A DNA stretch of 64,000 bases from Bacillota bacterium (lineage in GTDB: Bacteria > Bacillota > Limnochordia > Darwinibacteriales > Darwinibacteriaceae), in NCBI GenBank assembly GCA_012837385.1, contig DURH01000001.1:1349-65348 (forward strand), written 5' to 3'. The notes beneath the pieces were generated by a model. The model had not been told where the DNA came from, did no database searches, and saw only the letters and a program-made list of their open reading frames with translations. Shown one piece after another: positions 52,299-62,753 of the stretch; position 1 is the first letter of the stretch; each line of letters starts with the position of its first letter. The position numbers and the translations under genes were made by a program.

Positions 52299-52560
52299 CT
52301 GCAGGCAATCAGCGGTGATTGACCGCATTGTGGATGGAAAAACCGCGGTGCTGCTCCTGGAAGAAGGCCAGAAGCAGTTCACAATTCCTGTAGGTAGACT
52401 TCCCCCTGGAAGCAGGGAGGGAGTATGGCTGTTGGTGCGTATGGCAGAAGGTGAATTTGTCGATGCCGAGCTGGATCTGGCAAGAACGGAAGAGGTCCGG
52501 GAGAGGATCAAAAGAAAACGCGCTCTTTTGTTGGAGCGCATGAAGCGGCGGACTGAGTAG
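52291..52560 (+). CDS. DUF3006-like small protein
   Basis: 89 aa. Its start overlaps the MBL gene's stop. This size and pattern commonly lie downstream of MBL/ComEC-like genes in Firmicutes, as I recall. Confidence 0.5.
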   Translation: MINCRQSAVIDRIVDGKTAVLLLEEGQKQFTIPVGRLPPGSREGVWLLVRMAEGEFVDAELDLARTEEVRERIKRKRALLLERMKRRTE

Positions 52561-52577
52561 GCTGCAGAGCGCAGGTG

Positions 52578-53189
52578 TCAAGGCGAGGGTTTTCTATACA
52601 TCATCAACCAGGTGCCGGAAAGGTCCCGCTTGCGCCCGTATTTCTCAAAGCCTGCCGAGGCATAGAGACGTTTGCCAGGTTCGTTATCGGCTCGGACGTT
52701 CAGCCCCACAGACTGTCCCTTGAGCTGATCCAGGACAAAGCTTAAGAGCAGAGTACCTACACCCTGTCCCTGATAACCAGGGAGTACAGCCACGGATACT
52801 ATGGTGGCCTCGGGTTTAGGTACTTTTTTCATTCTGCGCGCAGTGAGCGCCATAGTCACCTCGTTGACCAGAAGCTTCAAGAGAGCCCACGGTCCTGCTA
52901 GAACAGCCATCTTTCCCAGGGGACGAAGCACATCCCCACTGCTTGGACGGGTTTCCGCAGTGGACGATGTACTATACAGGCAGTAACCGGCTATGCAGCC
53001 TTGCTCGTCCACGGCTAGGGAACCTTGGACACCCATGGTAAACAGCAGGGAAAAGGTCAGCTCCAGCAGCTGGATCAGCCGCGTTTCCGGTACGCGCCGG
53101 AAAAACAGCGCAGCACTTTCAGGAAAGGCTTGACGGTAGATGTTGGCGATGGACTGGGCATGGTGTTGGGATGCAGTCACAACCCGCAT
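52578..53189 (-). CDS. GNAT-family N-acetyltransferase
   Basis: Acetyl-CoA-binding motif A (VAVLPGYQGQGVGTLLL). Confidence 0.7.
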   Translation of the reverse strand: MRVVTASQHHAQSIANIYRQAFPESAALFFRRVPETRLIQLLELTFSLLFTMGVQGSLAVDEQGCIAGYCLYSTSSTAETRPSSGDVLRPLGKMAVLAGPWALLKLLVNEVTMALTARRMKKVPKPEATIVSVAVLPGYQGQGVGTLLLSFVLDQLKGQSVGLNVRADNEPGKRLYASAGFEKYGRKRDLSGTWLMMYRKPSP

Positions 53190-53200
53190 GGTCTCCCTCC

Positions 53201-54079
53201 TTACTCAGGCCGGTCGATTTGGGGGAATGCTTCCATCGGGGCGTCGTGGAGCAGCTCCGCCAAGGGCACGATTTCTAGGCCCTTGGCTCTGATGATCTCT
53301 ATCACTTGGGGGAGGGCCAGCACCGTGGCGCGGCGGTCGCCTCCTTCGTTTTTCAACAGTGCTCCGCTGTCGTGGAAGAGAATGATGTCTCCCCCCCGCA
53401 CGCGGCTTTCTACCAGGCGTTCGATATAGGTGGCAGTGACACCATACCGCCAGTCGCGGGTGGAGATTGACCACAGTACGATTTCCTGGCCCAGAAGCTT
53501 GGCCAAACGCCTGAAGCGATCATCGTACATGCCCCGGGGAGGCCGCACAAAAGTGGGGTATTCCCCTGTGATTTCTGTAATAACGGCGGTGGCCTCCATC
53601 ACTTCCTTTTGTAATTCCAGTGTGGAAAGGGTAGGAAGATTGCGATGGTTTTGGGTATGGCTGCCTATGGTGTGACCGTCTTCAACAATCTGCCTGGCAA
53701 TATCAGGATACTTCTCCACATGGCTTCCTACCAGGAAGAAAGTGGCAGGCACGTCATGCTCCCGCAGAATCTCCAGGATGGCAGGGGTGAACTCCCGACT
53801 GGGGCCGTCATCGAAGGTTATGGCCACCTTATTGGTTGAGCGGTCTCCGACGCGGTAGATATCTGGCTGGTAGCCGAAGCCATGGTAAACATACACCCAG
53901 AGTAAGGCAAATAGGGTGGTAACTCCTAGGGCAGCAGAAATCACGGCCAGGATGGACTTGGGGAATCTTATCTTGCACAGGAGCAGCAGGCGCATCCCCA
54001 GGCGCCAATAGAGCCGGGAAATAAATGCTGTGATTACAACAAGGATAAGCACTCTAAATACAAACTCAGCACTGACCAT
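53201..54079 (-). CDS. polysaccharide deacetylase (NodB homology domain), N-terminal TM
   Basis: NodB motifs: TFDDGP, HTIGSHTQNH, ILFHD. I chose ATG 54079 (MVSAEFVF), which sits 7 nt after GGGAGG. Confidence 0.8.
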   Translation of the reverse strand: MVSAEFVFRVLILVVITAFISRLYWRLGMRLLLLCKIRFPKSILAVISAALGVTTLFALLWVYVYHGFGYQPDIYRVGDRSTNKVAITFDDGPSREFTPAILEILREHDVPATFFLVGSHVEKYPDIARQIVEDGHTIGSHTQNHRNLPTLSTLELQKEVMEATAVITEITGEYPTFVRPPRGMYDDRFRRLAKLLGQEIVLWSISTRDWRYGVTATYIERLVESRVRGGDIILFHDSGALLKNEGGDRRATVLALPQVIEIIRAKGLEIVPLAELLHDAPMEAFPQIDRPE

Positions 54080-54255
54080 AATGGTTCCTCCCAAATATCG
54101 AGTGCATCTGCAACTAATTCTACCTTACCAGCAAATCGTCTACAAGCTCTAGTAGTTGCGAATCGCGCTCCATAATAGTAAAGTAAGAACTGAAGGGTGC
54201 GGCCTCGGCCCGCCTGTTCTGTTTAAGGGTTATAGAGTTATGGAGGTCTTTTCAT

Positions 54256-55041
54256 TTGAAGAATTATCATACGCATACTTTTCGCTGTAAACACGCTGAA
54301 GGTGAGGTGGGCGACTACATGCGCACTGCAGTTTCCAGGGGCCTCAGCGTGCTTGGATTTGCAGACCACACACCCCTTCCGGACAATCGCTGGTTGTTTA
54401 TGCGCATGGGCAGTTCAGCCCTTCCTGCCTATGTGAGGGCCATTGAAGACGCTCAACAACGCTTCCCCGAGCTAACTATTCTCAAAGGTATGGAATGTGA
54501 GTGGGCCAGTGAGTATCACAGCTACTTTGAAGACGTGCTGCTGGGGGAGTATGGCTTGGACTACCTGGCGTTGGGATGCCATTTCTACCCATACAGCGGG
54601 GGCTGGGTCAGCAGCCATGTGGACATTCTAGATGCTGCGCACCTGCTGGCCTATACCAAACATCTAGTTGAATCTATGCGCAGCGGGCTGTTTTCCTTTG
54701 TTGCCCACCCGGATCTTTTTGGGCTGACCTATAGGGATTGGGATAAGAACACTGAGGCTGCTTCCAGGGATATTCTCAGCACCGCACAGGAACTGCAGCT
54801 TCCTCTGGAGATCAATGGCAACGGCCTGATAAACCGCCTTGTGGAGTCTTCTCAGGGTATGAGGGTGGCCTATCCTTGGCGTCCCTTTTGGGAGCTGGCC
54901 AGGGAGTATGAGGTGACTGTAGTGGTGAACTCCGATGCTCACCACCCAGAGTTCGTGGATCAGGGCCTGGCGGAAGGTCTAGGGCTTGTGGAGAGTCTGG
55001 GCTTGACCCTGGCAAAACTGGAGTATCTGGAAGGGAGCTAG
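54256..55041 (+). CDS. PHP-family histidinol-phosphatase (HisK type)
   Basis: N-terminus MKNYHTHTFRCKHA with HxH metal motifs. Further PHP His and Asp residues (GFADHT, HPDLFG, NSDAHH). TTG start 9 nt after GGAGG. Confidence 0.7.
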   Translation: MKNYHTHTFRCKHAEGEVGDYMRTAVSRGLSVLGFADHTPLPDNRWLFMRMGSSALPAYVRAIEDAQQRFPELTILKGMECEWASEYHSYFEDVLLGEYGLDYLALGCHFYPYSGGWVSSHVDILDAAHLLAYTKHLVESMRSGLFSFVAHPDLFGLTYRDWDKNTEAASRDILSTAQELQLPLEINGNGLINRLVESSQGMRVAYPWRPFWELAREYEVTVVVNSDAHHPEFVDQGLAEGLGLVESLGLTLAKLEYLEGS

Positions 55042-55043
55042 GC

Positions 55044-56279
55044 ATGTTTGTTATTTTTGATAACAACGAGCAGCGCATACCCATCAAAGTATGGCTGCCC
55101 AGCAGAGAGCATTTGGATGAGGAGTGCCTAAGGCAGGCGCAGAACCTCTCCAACCTGCCCTTTGCCTTCAAGCATATCGCCTTGATGCCAGACACCCACA
55201 CCGGTTACGGCATGCCCATAGGCGGGGTGCTGGCTAGTCAGGGAGCGATCGTTCCCAACGCCGTGGGGGTGGACATTGGGTGCGGCATGGTTTTTGCCCA
55301 CACCAAGGTCCAGGCTGAACTGCTGCGGGAAGTGACTACTCCCGGGGGAACACTGGCTCAGTACCTGGTGGGGCAGATTATGCGGGAAGTACCCCAGGGT
55401 TTCGAGCATCATAGGCAAAAACAGAAGTCCAAGTTCCTGGACAAATACCCCGTGGAAAAACTGTACCGGTACGGAGCCAAGGAGCTGCCTGGGAAAGATC
55501 AAGCTTACCTGCAGCTTGGCACTTTAGGCGGAGGCAACCATTTTATCGAACTCCAGGAAGACGAGGAAGGCTTTTTGGGGATTATGGTGCACACTGGTTC
55601 CCGCAATTTCGGCTACAAAGTCGCCAACTACTTCAACCGCTTGGCCAGGGATCTCAACAAACGCATGGGCTCTCCAGTGCCCAGCCATTTCGATTTGGCC
55701 TATCTACCGCTGGAAACAGAAGAAGCCCGGGGGTATATTGGTTGGATGACCTTTGCCCTGGAGTTTGCCAAGGAAAACCGCAGGCTCATCATGGAGCGGG
55801 TGCAGACGATAGTAAGGGAAGGCTTGGCTCGCTTCGCCGGTATCAAGGACGTCCAGTTTATCAGGGAAGTGAACGCCCACCACAACTATGCCGCTAAAGA
55901 GCGCCACTTCGGGCAGGAGGTGTGGGTGCACCGGAAGGGTGCGATCAGCGCCAAACAGGGGGAGCAGGGCATCATCCCCGGGGCCATGGGCTCCTACTCA
56001 TTTATTGTGGAAGGACTTGGCAATCCCGAAGCATTCCATTCTGCCAGCCACGGAGCGGGCCGGGTGATGGGGCGCAAGGAGGCAGTACGCCAGTTCACCG
56101 TAGAGGAAGTGTTGGCTGATTTCGCAGAGAAAAAGGTAGTGTTGGGCAAAAGGCGCCGAAGCGATACTGCGGAAGAATACTACAAGGCTTACAAAAACAT
56201 TGAGGATGTGATGGGCGATCAAATGGATTTAGTCAAGCCCGTCCTCAAGCTGAAAACTGTGGCCGTAGTAAAAGGATAA
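55044..56279 (+). CDS. rtcB: RNA-splicing ligase RtcB
   Basis: Collinear with E. coli RtcB (LPFAFKHIALMPDTHTGYGMPIGGVLASQGAIVPNAVGVDIGCGM; GGNHFIEL; HNYA). Confidence 0.85.
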   Translation: MFVIFDNNEQRIPIKVWLPSREHLDEECLRQAQNLSNLPFAFKHIALMPDTHTGYGMPIGGVLASQGAIVPNAVGVDIGCGMVFAHTKVQAELLREVTTPGGTLAQYLVGQIMREVPQGFEHHRQKQKSKFLDKYPVEKLYRYGAKELPGKDQAYLQLGTLGGGNHFIELQEDEEGFLGIMVHTGSRNFGYKVANYFNRLARDLNKRMGSPVPSHFDLAYLPLETEEARGYIGWMTFALEFAKENRRLIMERVQTIVREGLARFAGIKDVQFIREVNAHHNYAAKERHFGQEVWVHRKGAISAKQGEQGIIPGAMGSYSFIVEGLGNPEAFHSASHGAGRVMGRKEAVRQFTVEEVLADFAEKKVVLGKRRRSDTAEEYYKAYKNIEDVMGDQMDLVKPVLKLKTVAVVKG

Positions 56280-56382
56280 ACAAGCACTTGGGACCAAACG
56301 ATTCCACTTCCCCTAGGAAGGAATTAGCTGTACAATGAAGAAGGAATAATTGAATTAGAAATCTCACAGGGGGGTTTTTACC

Positions 56383-57354
56383 GTGCGAAACAAAATGAGT
56401 TTACTAGTTGTCATGGTTCTTCTTATCGGCTTGATGGCTGCTCCTGTTTCGGCTCAGACCAGAATCGGCCTGATCTTCGCCGAGGGAGGCCTGGGCGACC
56501 AGTCCTTTAACGACGCTGCCTACCGTGGTCTGATGCAGGCCAAGGAAGAGCTGGGCGTAGATGTGATTTATGTGGAGCCTGCGGACATTGCTGAGATGGA
56601 AGAACATCAGCGTGCCTATGCTGATCTAGGTTTGGACCTGATCATTGTTATTGGCTTTATCCACCAGAGCGCTTTGACTGAAGTGTCTGCTGACTATCCC
56701 GATGTGAAATTCGCCATCGTGGATGACGTGGTGGACAACCCCAACGTCACCTCTCTGCTCTTTGAGGAGCATGAAGGTTCTTTCCTCGTAGGTGTTCTGG
56801 CTGGTATGATGACCGAGACCAACACCGTGGGCTTTGTGGGCGGAATGGAAGTTCCCCTGATCCGCAAGTTCCAAGTGGGATTTGAAGAAGGTGTTAAATG
56901 GGCTAATCCAGATGCGCAAGTGCTCGTCAACTACGCAGGTGCCTTTGACGACCCAGGCAGAGGCCGCGAACTGGCAATCAGCCAAAATGAACGCGGTGCT
57001 GACATTGTCTATCATGCAGCTGGCGGAACAGGCAGCGGTGTGATTGATGCTGCTGTAAGCAATGGCTTCTACGCCATCGGTGTGGACTCCGATCAAGACT
57101 TCATGGCTCCTGGTACCGTGCTCACCTCCATGGTTAAGAGGGTTGACCTGGCTGTCTACGAAGTGATCAAGGCTGCTGCCGAAGGAACCCTTGAGGGCGG
57201 CATTTGGAGCTTTGGTATTGAAGACGGCGGTGTAGGCACCTCTGAGTTCCTCTACACCAAGGACATCATTCCTCAAGAAGTGCTCGATACCATTGAAGAG
57301 GCTAAGCAGAAGATTATCTCTGGAGAGATCGTAGTCTCTAACCCTCTCCAATAG
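56383..57354 (+). CDS. BMP-family (PnrA/NupN-like) nucleoside ABC transporter substrate-binding protein
   Basis: Signal peptide plus the periplasmic-binding fold of the basic membrane protein family (GLIFAEGGLGDQSFND, GFVGGMEVPLI). It is followed by the cognate ABC genes. Confidence 0.8.
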   Translation: MRNKMSLLVVMVLLIGLMAAPVSAQTRIGLIFAEGGLGDQSFNDAAYRGLMQAKEELGVDVIYVEPADIAEMEEHQRAYADLGLDLIIVIGFIHQSALTEVSADYPDVKFAIVDDVVDNPNVTSLLFEEHEGSFLVGVLAGMMTETNTVGFVGGMEVPLIRKFQVGFEEGVKWANPDAQVLVNYAGAFDDPGRGRELAISQNERGADIVYHAAGGTGSGVIDAAVSNGFYAIGVDSDQDFMAPGTVLTSMVKRVDLAVYEVIKAAAEGTLEGGIWSFGIEDGGVGTSEFLYTKDIIPQEVLDTIEEAKQKIISGEIVVSNPLQ

Positions 57355-57433
57355 TCCAAGATAAACTAGAGGGAGGCAGCTCGCCGCCATAGAGGTGGGC
57401 GGCGCCTCCTTTTTTTCGCAGGGAGGTTGTCCC

Positions 57434-58987
57434 ATGGGCAAGGTTTTGGAAATGCGGGCCATTACCAAACAGTTCCCCAGGGTTTTGGCCAATGACAAAG
57501 TGGATTTTGACTTGAACCACGGCGAGATTCACGCTCTTGTTGGGGAAAATGGTTCAGGCAAATCAACGCTGATGAGCATTCTCTACGGGCTGTATCAAAA
57601 GGACGGAGGAGAAATTATCGTCCGGGGCCAGCCTGTGCAGATCACAGAGCCGCGCCAGGCCATCGATTTGAAGATCGGCATGGTGTTCCAGCATTTTATG
57701 CTGATTGAACCTTTGACGGTGGCCGAGAATATCGTGCTCGGTTCGGAAATCCGCAAGGGTCCTTTTTTAGATCACAAACGTATGGTCAGCGAAGTAGAGC
57801 GGCTTTCAGAAGAATACGGACTGAAGATCGATCCCAATGCCAAGGTAGCTGATTTGTCTGTGGGCCTGCAGCAGAGGGTGGAGATTCTCAAAGCCCTCTA
57901 TCGGGGAGCCGACATTTTGATTCTTGATGAACCCACCGCGGTCTTGACACCCCAAGAGGTGGAGGACCTCTTTGAGGTGCTGAACACTCTAAAATCCAAG
58001 GGTACCAGCATTGTATTTATCACCCACAAGATCAAAGAGGTTTTAGCCGTATCTGACCGGGTGAGCGTGCTGAGGCGGGGTAAGAAGATTGGCACCAAGT
58101 CCACCGCAGAAACCAACGAACAGGAACTAGCTGAAATGATGGTGGGCCGCGTTGTGCTGCTCCGTGTGGAGAAAGGCCCTGCCAAGCCAGGCCGTGAGGT
58201 GCTCAGACTGGATGGAGTTACCGTTAAGGATCAGTTCGGGCACGTCAAAGTGAATAACGTGAGCCTCACGGTGAGAAGCGGCGAAGTATTGGGTATCGCT
58301 GGAGTGGAAGGCAATGGCCAGTCGGAACTGGTGGAAGCCATTGCCGGCTTAACGAAGGTGGCAGGAGGAAGCATCCACCTTTCTAACCAGGACATTACCG
58401 GTTGGTCGCCTCTGCGCGTTCGCCGGGCCGGTTTCGGCTTGGTCCCCGAAGACAGGCACAGAAGGGGTTTGGTTTTGGACTATTCTGTAGCGGATAACTT
58501 GATCTTGGGTCTGCACGGCAGCAAGCCCTTCGTGCACAACGGTCTGCGCAGCGAGAAGAAGATCGCAGAGCATGCTGAAGAACTGATCCGAGACTATGAT
58601 ATCCGTCCCCCTGTGGCCAGCCAGCCTGCCCGTGCCCTCTCAGGAGGAAACCAGCAGAAGATCGTTGTGGCCCGGGAGTTCACCCAGAATCCCGACCTGT
58701 TGATCTGTTCCCAGCCCACCCGCGGGGTGGACGTTGGTGCCATCGAGTTTATCCATCAGCAGGTAATCGCCCAAAGGGACCAGGGAGCCGCTGTGCTGCT
58801 CGTTTCTGCGGAGCTGGATGAAGTTCTCTCTTTAAGCGATCGTGTCGCAGTCATGTACAACGGCGAGATCGTGAACGTTATGCCCATCGAAGAAGTTACA
58901 GAGCACAAGCTGGGCTTTCTCATGTTGGGCGGGCGCCCGGAAGAATATGATGCAAACGAGGTGAGCGGCAGTGCGGACCAAGATTAA
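57434..58987 (+). CDS. ABC transporter ATP-binding protein, duplicated ATPase (nucleoside/sugar type)
   Basis: Two NBDs: GENGSGKST/LSVGLQQRVEI and a second signature LSGGNQQKIVVARE. ATG 57434 follows GGGAGG. Confidence 0.9.
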   Translation: MGKVLEMRAITKQFPRVLANDKVDFDLNHGEIHALVGENGSGKSTLMSILYGLYQKDGGEIIVRGQPVQITEPRQAIDLKIGMVFQHFMLIEPLTVAENIVLGSEIRKGPFLDHKRMVSEVERLSEEYGLKIDPNAKVADLSVGLQQRVEILKALYRGADILILDEPTAVLTPQEVEDLFEVLNTLKSKGTSIVFITHKIKEVLAVSDRVSVLRRGKKIGTKSTAETNEQELAEMMVGRVVLLRVEKGPAKPGREVLRLDGVTVKDQFGHVKVNNVSLTVRSGEVLGIAGVEGNGQSELVEAIAGLTKVAGGSIHLSNQDITGWSPLRVRRAGFGLVPEDRHRRGLVLDYSVADNLILGLHGSKPFVHNGLRSEKKIAEHAEELIRDYDIRPPVASQPARALSGGNQQKIVVAREFTQNPDLLICSQPTRGVDVGAIEFIHQQVIAQRDQGAAVLLVSAELDEVLSLSDRVAVMYNGEIVNVMPIEEVTEHKLGFLMLGGRPEEYDANEVSGSADQD

Positions 58988-60014
58988 AGCGCTTCCCTGG
59001 CAAGAATTGCTGCTGCCCTTGGCGGCAGTGGTGCTAGCTTTGCTGATCGGATCCGTCTTCATTCTCTATGTAGGCGAGAACCCCCTCACTGCCTACGGTA
59101 TTCTCTTCAAAGAGTCGCTGGGTAGTGTGAGGAATATCGCGACCACGCTGCAGAGAGCTACCCCTTTGATGTTTACAGGGATGGCGGTGGCCTTTGCCTT
59201 TCGCGCCGGGTTGTTCAACATTGGTGCCGAAGGCCAACTCTATATTGGCGCCTTTGCTGCAGCTTGGGTTGGTTTCACTTTTGCTAATCTTCCCAGGATC
59301 ATCCATCTGCCCCTGGCCATTGTTGCAGGTATGGCAGGCGGTGCACTGTGGGCTTCCATAGCTGGTGTGTTAAAGGCTAAACTGGGTGTCCATGAAGTGA
59401 TTAACACCATCATGCTCAACTTCATCGCCCTCTTTCTCACTGACTGGTTGGTAACTGGGCCATTTCACGGAGGATCCTGGGTGCCGGAGACCGCACGCAT
59501 CAGCGCCTCGGCGGCCCTGAGCCGGATTTATCCCCCCACTAGGCTAACCACAGCTGTCTACCTGGCTGTTGTTGCTGCCGCCGCGGTTTACCTCATTTTA
59601 TGGAAGACCAAGCGGGGTTACGAACTGCGGGCAGTGGGCCTCAATCCCTCCGCTGCAGAGTATGGCGGCATCAACGTGGCCCGCAACACCATTATTGCCA
59701 TGGCGATCAGCGGCGCTTTGGCGGGCTTGGCTGGAACTGAACAGATTTTGGGGCTGCACAACCGCTTTATCCTGCGCTTTTCCTCTGATCTTGGGTTTAT
59801 GGGTGTTGCCGTAGCCCTCTTAGGGAAAAACCATCCAGTGGGGGTAATCCTCGCTGCGATCCTATTCGGCGCCCTGCAGGCAGGCTCCGCCGCCATGGAT
59901 CGTCTAACAGCGGTCCCGCGGGAGCTGATCACGATCATCCAGGCCCTGATTATCTTCTTTGTAGCAGCGGAGTATCTAATCCGGCGCATGCTGCGCCTTA
60001 AGGAGGATGCGTAA
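58971..60014 (+). CDS. ABC transporter permease (BMP/nucleoside system)
   Basis: Polytopic membrane protein, overlapping coupled starts. Confidence 0.8.
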   Translation: MRTKIKALPWQELLLPLAAVVLALLIGSVFILYVGENPLTAYGILFKESLGSVRNIATTLQRATPLMFTGMAVAFAFRAGLFNIGAEGQLYIGAFAAAWVGFTFANLPRIIHLPLAIVAGMAGGALWASIAGVLKAKLGVHEVINTIMLNFIALFLTDWLVTGPFHGGSWVPETARISASAALSRIYPPTRLTTAVYLAVVAAAAVYLILWKTKRGYELRAVGLNPSAAEYGGINVARNTIIAMAISGALAGLAGTEQILGLHNRFILRFSSDLGFMGVAVALLGKNHPVGVILAAILFGALQAGSAAMDRLTAVPRELITIIQALIIFFVAAEYLIRRMLRLKEDA

Positions 60015-60943
60015 TGGGCGATGTTATTGCCATGATGTTCAACACAGCAGTGTTTGCAGCTGCTTTGCGAATGGCTACCCCGTTGATCTTTGCAGCTTTA
60101 GGCGGCATCTTCTCGGAGCGCAGCGGGGTGGTGAATATTGCCCTGGAAGGCATGATGCTCACAGGAGCATTTACAGCCATGTTTGTCACCTATCATACAG
60201 GGATGCCCTGGGTGGGCGTGTTAGGAGCAATGCTGGCAGGGGGCCTGATCGGGCTGATCCATGCCATCTTCTGTGTGCGCTATCGCGCCAACCAGGTGGT
60301 AACTGGCACTGCCATCAACATCTTCGCAGGCGGGCTCACTGTGTTCCTGCTCCGGTTCTTTTTCGGAACCGCTGGTACATCACCCAGCGTAACTACTATT
60401 CCCGACATCACCCTGCCGGTGCTGTCCTCGATTCCCTGGATCGATCGGATCCTGGGCAGGCAGAATCCCCTGGTGTACCTGGCATTGGTGGCAGTAGTTG
60501 TCGTGCATATCGTGATCTACAAGACACCCTGGGGCTTGAGATTGCGGGCAGTGGGCGAGCATCCCCGGGCGGCTGACACTGTGGGAGTCAACGTGTTTAA
60601 GATGCGCTATATCTCCGTGGTAATCAGCGGAGCGTTGGCGGGTCTGGGAGGCACCTATCTTTCCATTGCCCACCTCAGCCGGTTCAGCGAAGGTATGACC
60701 GCTGGACGAGGCTTTATCGCCCTAGCCGCTGTCATTTTCGGAAAATGGACACCCTTAGGAGCTTTGGGGGCGTGCCTATTCTTTGGGTATGCAGACGCCC
60801 TGCAAATGCGCCTGCAGGATATTGGCATTCCTACCCAGTTCATGAACATGCTGCCTTACGTACTAACAATGGTGGCCTTAGCAGGCTTTATCGGCCGAGC
60901 GGTTGGCCCCAAAGCTTCTGGAGAACCATATATCAAAGGGTAG
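60014..60943 (+). CDS. ABC transporter permease (BMP/nucleoside system, second)
   Basis: Polytopic membrane protein, paralogous to the preceding permease. Confidence 0.8.
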   Translation: MGDVIAMMFNTAVFAAALRMATPLIFAALGGIFSERSGVVNIALEGMMLTGAFTAMFVTYHTGMPWVGVLGAMLAGGLIGLIHAIFCVRYRANQVVTGTAINIFAGGLTVFLLRFFFGTAGTSPSVTTIPDITLPVLSSIPWIDRILGRQNPLVYLALVAVVVVHIVIYKTPWGLRLRAVGEHPRAADTVGVNVFKMRYISVVISGALAGLGGTYLSIAHLSRFSEGMTAGRGFIALAAVIFGKWTPLGALGACLFFGYADALQMRLQDIGIPTQFMNMLPYVLTMVALAGFIGRAVGPKASGEPYIKG

Positions 60944-60963
60944 ATTGTGAGGTTTGAAAGGCA

Positions 60964-62691
60964 TTGAGCATTCTCAAGAGGTTTGCATCCTACTACAAGC
61001 CGGAGCGGCGCTTGTTTTTCATGGATCTGCTCGCGGCCAGCATCATTGCAGTGTTGGATCTCTTGTTTCCCATTATCACCAGAACCTTTATGAAAGACTT
61101 CATCCCCAACCGTAATCTCAGGGCTGTACTGCTCTGGGCAGGCGCCCTGGTGGTGCTGTATGTGCTGCGTCTTCTCTGCCAGTACTTTGTGGACTATTAT
61201 GGACATGTGGTGGGGGTGAACATTGAGTACCGCATGCGCAAGGATCTGTTTTCCCACCTGCAGACCCTGGATTTCCGCTTTTTCGACGATACCAAGGTGG
61301 GTCACTTGATGAGCAGAATCGTAAATGATCTGCGGGATATCACCGAGCTTGCCCACCATGGGCCTGAGGATATTTTCATTGCCTCCCTGATGCTCGTCGG
61401 CTCCTTTGCCTACCTGCTCACAATCAATGTACCCTTGACCATCCTCACCTTCCTGTTCATACCAGTGATTGGCTACTACGCCTACACGAAGCGCGGCGCC
61501 ATGGATAGGGCATTCCGAGAGGAACGCAGGCGGATCGCTGATGTGAACGCGGATGTGGAAAACAGCCTCTCTGGCATTCGAGTAGCCCAGAGTTTTGTGA
61601 ACGAATCCTATGAGTTGAAGCGCTTTGATTCATCGAACAGCGCTTTTAAGAAGTCGCGCTACCAGGCTTTTCGGGCCATGGCGGTGTACTCTTCTGGGCT
61701 CAGCTTCTTAACTGACCTTTTGAACGTTGCGGTGCTCACCTGCGGTGCGCTGTTTATGTTTTCGGGACGCATCGATTTGGCTGATCTCACCGCCTACCTG
61801 ATGTTCATCGGCTATTTCCTGCAGCCGATTCGGCGGCTGATCTCCTTCACGCAGCAGTATCAGCAGGGCATGGCAGGCTTCAGGCGGTTTGCTGAGCTTA
61901 TGGACGTTCAGCCCAGCGTAACAGATCTGCCCGGGGCTGTGGATCTCCCACCTGTCCGGGGAGATATTGAACTGCAGAATGTGTCGTTTCAGTACAACTC
62001 CGACGCCGAGGTGCTGCACAACGTGAGTCTAAAGATTCCCGCGGGCAGTACTACCGCCTTTGTGGGGCCCTCTGGAGGGGGCAAGACCACGCTCTGCCAC
62101 CTGATCCCCCGCTTCTACGATGTGGTGGAAGGATCCATTCTCATTGACGGTCATGATATCAGGGATGTAACCCTGAGTTCGCTGCGGCAGCAGATCGGCT
62201 TTGTGCAGCAGGATGTCTTTCTGTTTACTGGGACAATCAGGGAAAACATCCTGTATGGCAACCCTTCCGCTTCCGAAGAAGAGATGGTGGAGGCGGCCAA
62301 AAAGGCCCAGATCCATGATTTCATCATGAGCTTGAAGGATGGCTATGACACCTATGTGGGAGAGCGGGGAGTGAAACTCTCTGGCGGGCAGAAGCAGAGG
62401 ATCTCCATTGCCCGGGTGTTTTTGAAAAACCCGCCGGTGTTGATCCTGGACGAGGCTACGTCTGCCCTTGATACCGTTACTGAGCTGGAGATCCAGGATG
62501 CCCTCATGGAGTTGTCTAAGGATCGCACTACCTTGATTATCGCCCACCGCCTCAGTACTATCCGCCATGCCGATGAAATTGTGGTACTCACCGAAGGCCG
62601 GATCAGAGAGCGGGGCACCCATGAGCAGTTGGTGACTGGCTCTGGGGTGTATGCCAAGCTGTATGCTGGCCAGTTGGATGAAGTGAGCTAA
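60964..62691 (+). CDS. ABC exporter, fused TMD-NBD half-transporter (MsbA/Sav1866-like)
   Basis: Six TM helices, then an NBD with Walker A GPSGGGKTT, signature LSGGQKQRISIAR, and Walker B ILDEATS. TTG start. Confidence 0.85.
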   Translation: MSILKRFASYYKPERRLFFMDLLAASIIAVLDLLFPIITRTFMKDFIPNRNLRAVLLWAGALVVLYVLRLLCQYFVDYYGHVVGVNIEYRMRKDLFSHLQTLDFRFFDDTKVGHLMSRIVNDLRDITELAHHGPEDIFIASLMLVGSFAYLLTINVPLTILTFLFIPVIGYYAYTKRGAMDRAFREERRRIADVNADVENSLSGIRVAQSFVNESYELKRFDSSNSAFKKSRYQAFRAMAVYSSGLSFLTDLLNVAVLTCGALFMFSGRIDLADLTAYLMFIGYFLQPIRRLISFTQQYQQGMAGFRRFAELMDVQPSVTDLPGAVDLPPVRGDIELQNVSFQYNSDAEVLHNVSLKIPAGSTTAFVGPSGGGKTTLCHLIPRFYDVVEGSILIDGHDIRDVTLSSLRQQIGFVQQDVFLFTGTIRENILYGNPSASEEEMVEAAKKAQIHDFIMSLKDGYDTYVGERGVKLSGGQKQRISIARVFLKNPPVLILDEATSALDTVTELEIQDALMELSKDRTTLIIAHRLSTIRHADEIVVLTEGRIRERGTHEQLVTGSGVYAKLYAGQLDEVS

Positions 62692-62723
62692 ACAGGAAAA
62701 AGATCACAGTGATAGTTCTGACG

Positions 62724-62753
62724 AACCGCCGGTTGACGCCTGGCGGTTTTCTT
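62724..62753 (+). terminator. rho-independent terminator after the ABC exporter gene
   Basis: AACCGCCGG-TTGACGC-CTGGCGGTT followed by TTCTT. Confidence 0.6.
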
